Source of the DNA: Priapulus caudatus
Taxonomy: Eukaryota
Assembly: GCF_000485595.1 (NCBI RefSeq)
Contig: NW_014577074.1
Span: 269,971-333,970, forward strand
Reading direction: 5' to 3'
DNA: 64,000 nt
Made by a program: the position numbers and the translations under genes. The notes below the pieces were generated by a model that worked only from the letters and a program-made list of their open reading frames with translations, was not told the DNA's origin and searched no databases. This document shows positions 1 to 36,119 of the stretch, one piece after another (positions within the stretch are counted from its first letter, which is position 1; every line of letters begins with the position of its first letter).

Positions 1-1730
1 TCATGGTAACCATAGTAATGTTCTGGTTCCTTGGTTGTTGTTGTTTCATGTTCGTAACCATAGTAATGTTCTGGTTCCTTGGTTGTTGTTGTTTCATGTT
101 CGTAACCATAGTAATGTTCTGGTTCCTTGGTTGTTGTTGTTTCATGTTTCGTAACCATAGTAATGATCTGGGTCCCTCTCTTGTTGTTTTGTGGTGGTGC
201 GCATAGTAATATTTGGGGTGGTCGGTTGTAGTTGTCGGGTCAAACACGTCTTGGTAACCATTGTACTTGTATTCTGGATAACTTGGTTCATCAGTAGTTG
301 TATGGGGGTAAACATAGTAATGTTCTGTTCTTTTGGTTGTTGTTGTTGTTTCATGGTAACCATAGTAATGTTCTGGTTCCTTGTTGTTGTTGTTTTATGT
401 TCGTTGCCATAGTAATGTTCTGGTTCTTGGTTGTTGTTGTTGTTTCATGGTAACCATAGTAATGTTTCTGGTTCATCAGTTGTTGTTGTTCATGGTAACC
501 ATAGTAATGTTCTGGTTCCTTGGTTGTTGTTGTTTTATGTTCGTTGCCATAGTAATGTTCTGGTTCCTTGGGTTGTCGTCTCGTCGTAACCATAGTAATG
601 TTCTGGTTCCTCAGTTGTTGTCCTCGCCGTAAGCCATGTAGATGTTCTGGATTCCTCAGTTGTTGTTGTCTACGTCCGTAACCCATAGTAATTGTTTCTG
701 GGTTCGCTGGTTGTTGTTGTCTCGCCGTAACCATAGGTAAGTTATCTGGTTTCCTCAGTTGTTGTTGTCTCGCCGCTATACCATAGTAATGTTCTGTTCC
801 TCAGTTGGTTGTTTGTATCTCGCTCGTAACCAGTAGTAATGTTCTGGTTCCTCAGTTTGTTGTTGCTCGCCGTACCATAGTAATGTTCTGCGTTCCGTCT
901 AGTTGTGCTTGCCTCGCCTGTAAAACCATAGTCAATGTTCTTGGCTGCGCTCATTGTGCTCTGTCTCGTCGTAACCATAGTATGTTCCGGTTCCTTCAGT
1001 TGTGAATTGTCTCAGCCGTAACATAGTAAATGTTCTGGTTCCTCAGTTTGTTGTTGTCTCGCCGTAACCATAGTAAATGTTCTGCGTTCCTTCAGTTGTA
1101 TGTTGTCGTTCGCCGTCAAACCATAGTAATGTTTCTGGTTCCTCATTGTTGTTCTGTCTCGCCGGTAACCATAGTTAATGTTCTGGCTTCTCAGTTTGTT
1201 GTGTCTCGCCCGTAACATAGTAATGTTCTGGTTCTCAGTTGTTGTTTGTTCGCCGAACCATAGTAATGTTACTGCGTCCTCAGTTTGTCTTCTGGTACAA
1301 TGAGAATTTGTCATTTTCTCGCCGTAACCATAGTAATGCTTCTGGTTCCTCAGTTTTGTTGTCCTCGCCGTACCATCATGTAATGTTTTGGTCTGCCTAC
1401 CAGTTGTTGTTGTCGTCGCCGTACCATAGTAATGTTCTGGTTCCTCCATTGTTGTTGTCGTCGCCGTAACAATCCATGATTTCTGGTTCCTTCAGTTGTT
1501 GTATTGTCCTCGCCGTAACCTAATTCGTAATGTTTGGTTGCCTAGTTGGTTGTTTGTTCGTCGCTCGCGCTAACCATAGTAAATGCTTCTGGTTCTCAGT
1601 TGGTGTGTTGTCTCGCGCGTAACCATAGTAATGTTTCGGGTTCCTGCAGTTGTTTGTTGTCTCGCCGTAACCATTAGAAGTAATGTTCTGGTTCCTCAGG
1701 TTGTTGTTGTCTCCGGCCGTAACCATTTTA
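1..1730 (-). repeat. Inverted copy of the 45/48-bp coding repeat array
   Basis: Reverse complement of ~9900-11790, including the unique interruption (142-310 vs ~11470-11630). Orientation flips abruptly at ~1727-1733. Confidence 0.9.
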
Positions 1731-1732
1731 TT

Positions 1733-1934
1733 GACAACAACAACAACCAAGGAACCAGAACATTACTATGGTTACCATGAGACAACAACAACAACAGAGG
1801 AACCAGGTCAATACTACGGCTACCACGACAAAACGACAACCACGATACCTAAACACGATCACTACTTTACCAGATCAACTAAGAAACCACTAACACATGA
1901 TGAATATGGCCTTGGAATAATTCACCACTATTAG
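1733..1934 (+). CDS. Clean duplicate of the C-terminus of the pentraxin-repeat protein
   Basis: TTTTTKEPEHYYGYHETTTTTEEPGQYYGYHDKTTTTIPKHDHYFTRSTKKPLTHDEYGLGIIHHY*; matches noisy ~11750-11975. Confidence 0.7.
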
Positions 1935-3104
1935 GAGTAATTTATCTATATGTGATGTATCTGACATTCCAATATCGTACTGAATGAAGCACATGACTTA
2001 TTTATACGTTCATTTGCCTTGACTTTATTACGATCAAATGTGACATACTACACATAATATACACTGCGCAGTGCATTTGTTCAGGACGCAGTGCATTGTG
2101 GCAAATATTTATGCTACTGATGAAATTTCGTACTATCAGTGAACCATGCACGTGTATACTATAGGAGTAGATATGCTTATATTTGATGGAACTGGCAATA
2201 TTATAACTGATTGTTCCTGCACTAAATCTAACAAAAGTTAAATTTGTTAACCATCAGCATGACAAATATTCTACGTTATAGTGTTTTGCGCAGAATATTT
2301 AAATTGTAAATACAATATTGTTTGTAAAACACACGTTTACGATCTGACCCGTACCTAATATCTAGTGTATTCGCAATATATCTAATTGTAAGAAATAAAT
2401 TTATGTATAGAAGTAAAGAACGAGTTATGTTGATATATATGTTCATAGAAAACTGGGGTAATCAAAACTACACACACTCACAGCTGTTGAGGTGTGAGTA
2501 AAGATTTAACATATTAACAGACTCAAAGCCCTGAGACAATTCAATATTAGTATACAATATTTATTTCAAGATACAAAAATAATAAATAGACAAGCTACCA
2601 GTCAAAAAGTGTTAAGTGCCTTCCCAAGATGGGAGCATTAGGTTGAGAAAATTACAGCTGCTGTTACAAGGGGTAAACATTAGACATTGGTGCACACTTC
2701 AGCCAGAAACCTGCGAAATATTTTGGGGAAAAAATTGTGATTGTGAGAGGCGTGAATAGGGGTACCAAGGTGCAGTAATATTAATATGCAGAGTGGTTGT
2801 ACTATTATGGAAGAAAAATGCAAATCCCGCCACATGATTATAATTGAGATCAATGAGCTAGGGTGGAGGCGACTATTGCAGTTCACATCGTCACTTCCAT
2901 AACCATTGCAAATGTTTTACGTTTTTGCTACACAATGACATAAGATTACACCGTGTGCATGATGGCAAAGTTAGTGCCAGCATTGAGAAAAAAACAAGCA
3001 TTTAGAATTGATTCCGAAAGAATCGCAAACAAGGGGCGATTTGTTAATGATGTGGATCCTGCATTGATCCACGACTCCAGGTTCCCTTCCATATACCTCT
3101 GCAT

Positions 3105-26648
<23,544 letters not shown>

Positions 26649-27980
26649 GTCAAATTTCTTCCTTATCAGTTATCAGATGTAACGATCAAAATGACAACTC
26701 CTTCATTTTCCTGTGCACTACTACTACTAGCAGGACAGCTACTAGTACTAGTACTAGTCTGTCTAGGCCTACTTGTGCACTTCCTGTACACAACTTGTTC
26801 GCGAGGTATTCAGAATCATATGTTGTGCTGTGTAGCTCTTGAAACTTCGCTCACCGTTCACGAATTATTCTTCACAATTCTGTAATCAAACGCTTGCTGC
26901 TATAATCAATGAATCATGGGTTCGTTGACAAGTATTCAATTGACACTGTATACTATAGTCTGTAACTCTCGACTCGAGTCCTCTGTGTGCATTGCTCTCA
27001 GTCGCCGAACGTTGCAGGTGTTTACACGCGAATTTGTCAACAGGCGCACTGACTTCACACAACACAAAGATCGACAGCTCGTTACGCTCAATGATCTCTA
27101 GCGTACTACCACCGCACTATATAGTAGATGGGTTCCACGTCTCTGCTCTAATTATAGAGCTATTTACAAACAAGACATAGACACAGTAGAGTAGCACTCT
27201 AGCACAAGGAAACGGTAGCCGTCCGCCGCTCACCATGCATTCATCCATGTGCGTGCATGCCAGCCAATGCTAACTTGCACTATTTCGTCTCTGGAAAAGG
27301 CCGTTTCGGAAATTGTTGTAATTATATCTAGTACTAAAATGGACTAATTTCATAATATACGAAAGGTGGCCCATAGACGTCTAGAAAGCATGAAACATGT
27401 AATTGGTAATGTCGTATAATTGTGCCATTCTGCCAAGTGACGTAGCCAGAGTGACCGGTCCACCGTTATAGGTGTTTTCCAAACAGTTACTGTAGTGTAT
27501 GTGAGTGTATAGGGCGGCAAGCCTTCAGGAATGACGCGGCTATCCGGTCACCATGGCTACGACACCCACGGATTTGCACAATTTTTCCACAAAACCGATT
27601 GATATTTCAATGCTTTTCAGACGACTATCGGGCCACTTGCTGAATGCTGTCTCTCTCTTTCGGAATTCTCGTAATTCGCAGGGCCTTCCGTAGGCCCGTA
27701 GGTATCGTACTGTATGAGTGTATGCAGCGTTGAACAGCTAAAAAGCGTCCATCAATGGATTCGCCTGTAGAGGTGTATCCATCGTATACTACGGTACGCG
27801 ATGTAATAGAAGAGAAATTGAACGCGGAATTTCGCTTTCCTGTAGATTTCAGACGGCGAACAGCGAAGCAGACAGCGCAACAGCGTTCGTAATTGACTGG
27901 CAGCGCCATCTCGCGGTGGAAAAAGTCAAATAAATATGTTCATGCTGCATTTGCACGCGTAATATATATATATATATTAT

Positions 27981-28062
27981 CAGGAGTGGATAATAGAGAT
28001 TATATCTAGTGATTCTCTATGAATTCTCTATATTCTAATGGATTCTCTATTATCCACTCCTG
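27981..28062. mobile_element. Ultra-small CAGGAGT...ACTCCTG element (82 bp)
   Basis: TIR CAGGAGTGGATAATAGAGA; 7-bp TSD ATATTAT. Confidence 0.7.
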
Positions 28063-28067
28063 ATATT

Positions 28068-28104
28068 ATATATATATATATATATATATGATGTGTTGTG
28101 TGGT

Positions 28105-28157
<53 letters not shown>

Positions 28158-28251
28158 GTGTGTATGTGTGTGTTGTGCGTGGGTGCGTGGCGTGCGGGTG
28201 CGGCGAGCGCGCGCGCACGCGCGGCGTGTATGTGTTTATATGTATATATAT

Positions 28252-28295
<44 letters not shown>

Positions 28296-28325
28296 TATAC
28301 CAGTATATATTATATATATATATGA
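28068..28325. repeat. Compound (TA)n/(GT)n/(GC)n microsatellite
   Basis: Direct. Confidence 0.9.
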
Positions 28326-28929
28326 TTATTTAATTATGATTTATAAATTTCAACACTGCATGCTGGTATCACATATACGGGGAAGCAGCTTTACACAGTC
28401 TCACTTCGATTTAGATGCTATAAGCTATTCAGCCGAGTGGTAATTGAGAATTGAGTGGTAATTGAGAGATGGGTGGGTAATTGAGAATAGTGTACAAAAT
28501 TGCATATGTTGTTCTTAGGTAACATCAATCTTTATTGTGCTACTATACCGCCATCGAAATTCATGTTCGATCCCAATCAAATAGCACATACTTATCACAG
28601 GCCGTTTTGAGCGCGTAAGTTTGGCCGAAAAAAAATATCTAAAATTAGCAGCCGATTCTCAGTTCGCGCAGTCACCGTTTCCCTGGTTCTACTAAAGGAG
28701 GCATACAACAGTATAAAGCCTCCGCAAATTGTTCTATTTCGTTTCTAGAAAAGGCATTTTTTGGCTTTTTTTCCCGCCGAAATTTGGCATTAGAGTGCAA
28801 TAATTTGCATTATGCAGGCAAGTTAGATGCCTCGTGGACGTCTAGAAAGTAAAATTAGTTTTGTTGTGTATTCGTGACATTCCGTCAGCGACCGATTGGT
28901 CATTTTCGTGTTTGAAATGTGTTCAGATA

Positions 28930-29851
28930 GAGGGGGGGGGGTACTGTTCACAGTTCACAGTGAAAATAAACTGCTTTTCACATTTCACAGTGAAAATAAT
29001 GCTCTTTTCACATTTCACAGTGAAAATAATGCTCTTTTCACAGATCACGGGGATAATCCAGTTTACAGCTAAAATTTCAGACTCGTAAGATAAGGTTATA
29101 GAAGTATACAAGTGTTCTAAATATCAACAACACTTCTAAATATCAAAAATATGCTTGCGCAGTAGTCATGCTTATACATGTGTGTGTGAGTGCGTGCGTG
29201 CGTGCGAGCGAGCGTGTGTGCGTGCGTGCGTATATATAGTTTACATATGTTCTTCTGCAGCTAGGGGGGTCCGGGGGCATGCCCCCCGGGAATTTTTTTA
29301 AAATTAGGCTATATTTGGTGCATTCTGGTGAATTTTGAGGCCTGTGACCGGTTTCTGGAAACCGGTGCAAACTGGCCTAAATCCGCGCCTGACATGCATA
29401 GATTCACGAGGAAAGAGACCTCTTATTCACAGTTCACAGACTAAATAAAAGCTAAATCACGCTTCACGCAAGGTGGTCCATTCACAGTTCACAGACAAAA
29501 TAAATTGCAATTCACAGTTCACGAGGTATAAAAACAACCAACAATTTTAGAAATTTAATCATCTATAATTCACTTCCGCGCGCATATATTTGCTATATTG
29601 ACTAATCGTGCGTCAATAAACTCAATATTCACAGAAAGTATATAAATTCAAGCCGGTACGGGAGATCATTTGCATAATATATTCTAGATACCTATAGACA
29701 CATGTCTTAGCTATACTCTCTGTGAATATTGAGTTTATTGACGCGCGATTAGTCAATATATTAGCAAATATATGCGTACCGTAATCTCCCGTACCGGCCT
29801 GAATATAGACACTCCCGATCACGTTTCACGAAAATACCCTTACCCACCCTC
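28930..29851. mobile_element. Non-autonomous DNA transposon with GAGGG...CCCTC ends and 6-bp TSD
   Basis: CAGATA at 28924-28929 and 29852-29857; subterminal TTCAC(A/G) repeats at both ends; contains a nested hairpin (29581-29776). Confidence 0.6.
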
Positions 29852-30659
29852 CAGATAAATTCGCATCATAGAGCTGGCAAAAGTTTCGAGCGGAGCATAG
29901 TGCATGAATCTGTAGTTATTTAACATGAATAAAGTGTATGTTGTGTAAGAGAAGTATCAGTGTGAGTATTTTTAATTAATTTCTGTTCGATGCTTATTCA
30001 GGCCTGCTGCCTATGGACGCCCTCTACTGTTGCTCTAAAGTCGCTCCAGTGGTCTGAGCATCAGCGGCGCCAAGCAATCCCCCCGATCCCCCCCGATGGT
30101 ATGAACCATACATGGCGCCCGTGACGTGTTAAATACCAAACCAATCAGCTTCCTCTCGTTATTATACTACGATACAACCTAAAGCGAAGCAAGTGCAATA
30201 TTGTTTCCATTTTATTAGTTTATTTACAACAACTTGAACAAGTAGGCTAACTGTTTGTCTATTTAAAATTTGCTCAAAAGTGTCGCGATTGTTTGCTAGA
30301 GTGGAACATTTCAAGGCGAGTTGTAAGGTAGCGGAGATTAGTTACCAGGCAGTGGGACAAGATAGCGTAGCCGTAGGCTTATCTCAGTATCTGCACTGCA
30401 GTTAGCTCCAAGAAACGGTATTGCTAGGGTTAGAATACCCTAGTGTATAGACAATCCGTCGCACAGCCTGGTCGGGCTACACTGCAGTAGGCTAGGGCCT
30501 ACTGCCAGTAGTAGTAGTACTACTATAAGTTATAACTTATAAGTATAACGTTAATGATTACCTCCCCTCGTCCTGCTCCTCCTCGGGTTAGTGTAGTGAA
30601 GCGGAACATACGCCTGTATCATACAGGTTAGTAGTACTACTAGTACTACTAGTAGTAGC

Positions 30660-31056
30660 GCTCATAGGGTAGTATATATCATATGTCCCCCAGGGTACTG
30701 CCGGAACTAAACCGACCAGGCTCTCCGACTGTTACACGTCGTAGGTTTGTACGTCGTTCCAACATAGTGTTAAGCGAGAAGGGAACTTGTGGCTATGCCG
30801 GAACGTACCCTGGGTACGGTCCGGTATACCGGAACATATACTCTAGGTACGGTTCGGTATACCGGAACGTACCCTAGTGATATGGTTAGGGTTAGGGTTA
30901 GGGAGTAGGTGTAGGCGACTCCCTATAGACTCGTTAGTGGAGTAGGCGAGGTACGTTCCGGCATATTAGATAGTACCAGGGTACCACGTTCCGGTATACC
31001 GGACCGTACCAAGGGTACGTTCTGACAGTACCCTGGGGGACATAGACCCTCTCAGC
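30660..31056. mobile_element. MITE with internal telomeric TTAGGG repeats, 9-bp TSD (Mutator-like), copy 1
   Basis: Ends GCTCATAGGGT...ACCCTCTCAGC; TIR TATGTCCCCCAGGGTACT; flanks AGTAGTAGC/ACTAGTAGC; (TTAGGG)3 at ~30885-30903. Confidence 0.75.
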
Positions 31057-31061
31057 ACTAG

Positions 31062-32101
31062 TAGCTCTAGTAACTATATAGTCCGCGTACAGTTGCCACT
31101 GGCAAACTGGTAAACTGTACGCGGGCTATAGTTACTAGAGCTATGGCAGTAGTATCCCTGGCCTTAGCTCTAGTAGTAGTACTGACTACTGTAGCCCGCG
31201 TACAGTTGCCGCAGGGCTATAGAACATTCTATTAGTATTACGAATGCTAGGGACCAACCCGCTGACTGGCGGGTACGCGTCACTTTCCTTCGGGCGTAGA
31301 GGGAGGGTGCCGCTACGTGGCAGCACTATAGTCACTTCGTACACTTCCGTCATTCCACAGTCATACTTCCATGCTAGACATGGCCTTATTTCCCTAACCT
31401 ACAACAGAGCGGCACCCTCCCTCTACGCCCGGGGGAAAGTGACACCCGACTGGTGCTGCTGCAGCGCCACCAAAAATGGCCGTTTCAAGTTCGTAAATAA
31501 TTTTTGTTCACAAGAAATATCGCAAGCAGACCATTTCAACGATAGTTAGAGGTTAAATTTTAGTAGCTGATATAACTCAAGACATATTTACTTTGGGCAA
31601 GAGGCATTAATTGCCTACCACAGACGTTTTATAGCCGCGAGTAACCATGAATAAGTTGGTCCCTAGCATTCGTAATAGAATGTTCTATAGCTCTGCGGCA
31701 ACTGTAAGCAGGCTATAGTACTAGAGCTACCCAGGCCTTAGCTCTAGTATTATAGCCCACGTACAGTTGCCGCAGGGCTATAGAACATTCTATTACGAAT
31801 GCTAGGGACCAGCTCGCTGATTGGCGCTGCTGCAGCGCCACCAAAAATGGCCGTAGAAGTTCGTAAATCGAATGTTCGTTCACAAGAAATACCGCAAGCA
31901 GACCATTTCAATAATAGTTAGAGGTTAAATTTTAGTTGGGGATATAACTTAAGACATAGTCACTTCGGATAAGAGGCATTAATTAGCTACCACAGACGTT
32001 TTATAGCCGCGAGTAACTGTGAATAAGTTGGTCCCTAGCATTCGAAATAGAGTGTCCTATAGCCCTGTGCCAACTGTATGCGGGCTATAGTACTAGAGCT
32101 A
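31062..32101. mobile_element. Cluster of three related MITEs with TAGCTCTAG...CTAGAGCTA ends (31062-31143, 31165-31729, 31739-32101)
   Basis: Shared TIRs containing TATAGCCCGCGTACAGTTGCC, ~80 bp in the two long copies, which are bounded by CCCTGGCCT / CCCAGGCCT / CCCTGGTCT 9-mers. Confidence 0.8.
31270..31448. mobile_element. Nested MITE, CGGGT...ACCCG ends, 5-bp TSD ACTGG
   Basis: Present in 31165-31729 but absent from the sister copy 31739-32101; ~40-bp inverted arms. Confidence 0.75.
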
Positions 32102-32461
32102 CCCTGGTCTAGGCTTCAATCTAAGTAATATTATATTTCCTATTAATAACGTTTCGCATAGTAAGTATAACTAAGCTGTTGACAGTGTTGTAGAAACTAG
32201 AATAACTAGTATTTTGGACTAAGTTGTACCTATAGGTATAACATATGAAGGAAATATATCTAAGGCTATTCATACTAAACACTAAACAGGACTTACTACT
32301 AGAACTTTACTAATACTAGTACTAGTACTACTAGTAGTACTACTGGTGGGTCTAGTCTAGTTAACATGTGCCACAATACTTCATGTCTACAATACAATAC
32401 ACAATAGGTCATGTCTTCTAGACTAGCTCCCTAGTAGTAGTAGTAGTAGTATAGTACGCTG

Positions 32462-33353
32462 TAGGGCTGTCATTGGTATGAAATTATTTCGATTCGATTA
32501 TTGATATTTTTGTTTTCGATATTTCGATCCGATTCGATCCGATTCGATTTAATAAAAATGTAATAAAACATGATGTAGCAAAAGAAACTTTGGCAAAATA
32601 TTCCGACACATGACTTCTCTTGCCTTTCCTGGACCTGAATGAAAAAACGAATTTAATCTTTTATCAGGCAGGCATATGAAATCTCAAAAAGATTTCTAGT
32701 GTATGGAGTATGTATATATAATAAAAAAAATTGTATGTAGTGACGGAAATGATATTGTGCAGGGGTCGAAATTAGCGGTACCCCGATATCCGCGGGATAG
32801 TAGATTTTTGTGTTGGATGCCAGATTTCCAATGCTTGGTATCCCGCTTCGATAGTTATACAAAATCGTCAAAATCGGGATAGTGGTTGTTGAGTTATCAA
32901 CTTTATACGGCAGCGCATCTGAGCGAGTGCGCACGATCTGAACGGGCTCAGGCACCCTGATTCTCATCGGTCTCGCTGCTAGCATGATGTATCCATTAGG
33001 AACCAAAGGCTGTTACTACGCCACACTATAGCATTATACAGCGGCAAGAGCTTGACAGCGGGCATAGTATAAGCGTATAAAGCGTGGCAGATGATAGTCA
33101 GGGTGGGCTCAGGTATTATTAGCTCTTGATTGTATCAAGCAAACCAGACTATGCGTCTAGACATGTACGTTTCAGCGTACTGTGCAGGCCTGGCCGTATG
33201 TAAAATGAACACGAGCTCGCTGGTGTAGGGATGTACCAACTCTTTATTTTTATATACTGTATCGGATTGCTATTTTTCGTTTTATTTCAATATCGGTATC
33301 GGACGCAAATCTATTGCGATTTATCGATGAGGTGGGTATCGATGACAGCCCTA
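32462..33353. mobile_element. hAT-like non-autonomous element
   Basis: TAGGGCTGTCAT...ATGACAGCCCTA TIRs; 8-bp TSD GTACGCTG/GTACACTG; subterminal CGATT repeats. Confidence 0.75.
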
Positions 33354-33879
33354 GTACACTGTACACCATAGACAACTAGATTAGAAACCGAGTATCCGGA
33401 TAGCCATTGGATATCTGGTGATTGTCTTCGATATAGTCCCTTGGACGAGTAATTGGAAGAGTAATATTTATGAGGTAATGAGGTTATTGTGATAAACTGT
33501 GTACTGGGCTTATACACCACAGTAAACCTAAGCTGAATGATCCTGTATTACATAAATTTGTATACTGTATAAAAAGATTTAATAATATTTAAACATTGTT
33601 GAGTAGAAGCCTGAGCGATTCACATGATGTGCCCTGAGCGATTTATGCTTCAATCTTGTAACCTCAACCTCATAAATATTAGTCTTTAAAGTCCAAGGGA
33701 CTATATCAAAGATGCAGACAGACAAGGTTGATCAAATAGACAGATCAACACTGTGGATCGTAGTAGAAAAAGCCTGAAATTTACAATTAACTAAACAGGA
33801 AGTGGGGAGAATTCCAATACGGAATGACAGAAACAAAGAAGCTGTGAAGATGGATCCTTTGAAGATGACAATGAATGTG

Positions 33880-35580
33880 GAAAGCAGATGATCAAGTTCT
33901 ACAGACAGACTTCATCGAGTGAGAAGGAATGCCAATCTGACCATGATAAATTTTATGAAAGGTTATAAGTTTAGCATGGAGAAAGCGGACACAAAGAGGA
34001 GGCCAATCAAGTAGAGCCAAAACAACATCAGAACTATCAGGATAGTTTTTGGAAACCCAGCTCACAGCTTTATGCTGAATGGAATCCAATTTAAAACAGT
34101 TCTGAAGTGTATAGAGGCACCAGCCTGGCGAATCATATTCTAATGTGGGGAGAACCATAGTTTTTTAAAAGCCAGGGACCGAGTTTTAGAATTGGGAAAG
34201 CTAAGGTTACGCCACAACATACCAAAGGAACGAGACGTTTTCTTACAAATATAATCAATGTGGACATTCCAGCGACGATTGCTACTAATAATATGAGACC
34301 CAAATATTTTTTAATAGGGGTAAGAGAGTACAGCGAGTACGTAAAAGTCAAGGGTTATTTAGAGCGGATAATGCGAAGAATTTTACATTTTTCAGTATTG
34401 AAACACATATCCCACGTTGTTGCCCACTTCTCAGTATGAGTAAGGACACTCAGACTCTGGAGGGCTAACTGGTCACCCTTATTGGAGATAGTGCGGTATA
34501 GAACTGTGTCGTAAGCAAAGAGGCGAATGGAAGTAGAACAGTCAGTTTCGTCCAAACAAATCATTTATAAAAGACAACAATGGACCAAGCACAGAACCTT
34601 GGGTTATACGAGATGTGACAGCAACCACATCTGACTTGCTGCCATTAACACAGACAATTTGTGAGCTATCCTTCAAAAAGTCTGAAATCCAGTTTAACGT
34701 AGTAATTTCCAAACCCAAGTGACCAAATTTGAAAATTACGAGATCACGAGGAACCCTATCAAAAGCCTTGCTGAAATCTGGAAATACTGCATCAGCCTCT
34801 GGAGACTTGTCAAGACTTCATGTCCAATCATGAAAAACATTGATTAACTGGGTAACAGTAGAAAACCCATGTAGAAAACCCAATGTTGATGATGGGACAG
34901 ACCCTTTTTTTGTCTATCGAAATGGCTCATAACAGAGGAGTAGACTATATGCTCAAATGCCTTAGAGCAAAGAGAAGTCAAAGAGATTGGGTGATAATAT
35001 GAAGCAAGGGAAGTTCCATCACCTTTATAAATTGGAGTAATGAGAGCTTTTTCCAATCGAAAGGAAGAGAACATAGGCTTGATAGAATAAATTGCGTAGT
35101 GAAGGCCCAAGCTCATGTGCAAAATGATGCAAAGTGAAACCAGGCACCTTATCAGGACCAGCAGCTTTATGTGGGGATATGTTCCTAAGCACTGAACACA
35201 CACCACTTAGGGAGATAACAATTTTGCTCATTAGGGGGAACTTATAGTTTAAACATAGAATAGGGGTTGCACAAGAAGTAGAGATAAGCTTTCGATGCAA
35301 GAGACTCACAGGAAATACCATCACTTTGGAGAATGGATGGGATACCAGTTTCCAGTTTTTTTATTTATTTCACGAATCTTCTAAAGGGTTTAGCATCACC
35401 ATCAGCAAGTTTATCACAAGCAATGCCATTTAGAAAATTTTAATGCCATGTTTACGATTCAATTGGGAGACAAAATTTCTTTGATGGCGATATCTAGACC
35501 AACTAACACTAACAGGTGTTTTAGAATGCTTGGCCCTTTGGAACAAGTGATTCCTCTTCCTCATAGACTCAAATTCTCTT
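33880..35580 (-). mobile_element. Decayed non-LTR retrotransposon (LINE) reverse-transcriptase fragment
   Basis: Frameshifted RT motifs: KAAGPDKVP, YHPISLTSLCSKAFEHIV, DFSKAFDRVP, TQGSVLGPL, IRLFAYDTVLYR (degenerate FADD), WATTWDMCFNTEKCKIL, KYLG, PTLEY. Confidence 0.85.
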
Positions 35581-36119
35581 GCATTTTGTAGATAAAACAG
35601 TGGTTAAACATACCACTGACCAGTCTCCACAATTTTAAGGATAACAATGGATCACAATAACTATCAGAAATATAATTATATATATAGCTGCTAAAGAAAT
35701 TCCCTGAGAAAATTAGTGTTTTTTACTTGCTTTTTGTCTTAATTTTCAAACAGCCATTCAGTCTAAAAACTAATGTTGTTCGAAGCTGAGACATGACAGG
35801 AATTTGCATCTTAAGTCAACAGAATAATCCATATATAGCAGCTGTATATTGTTATAGATGCGACCAGAAATATTTTACCTTAAACGTAATATCAACGTAA
35901 ATGTTTTTTGACCTTTCCTGTTTTTATTTTGGTGGAGTACTGTGCTTGAGGAAACATATTTGTTTCGTGAATTAAACACTGGAGGTATGTAACAATAAGA
36001 TTAAAAGTAATTTTTACCTCAACCCATCAGCAAGGCAGTTGTTTATGAAGAAAATCTATCACAGTGTTGTAAAGTAGAACTCCGTTAATTGTATCTATCT
36101 GCATTGGAAGCACACTGAG

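Noticed and set aside
1..1730. CRISPR-like regular repeats, and plus-strand Cys-rich ORFs MVTIVMFWFLGCCCF
   Set aside because: There are no unique spacers and the context is eukaryotic; these ORFs are antisense readings of the coding repeat.
27900..27920. CTCF-like motif CAGCGCCATCTCGCGGTGG
   Set aside because: A single short motif inside probable repeat-derived DNA; it cannot be supported without ChIP or conservation data.
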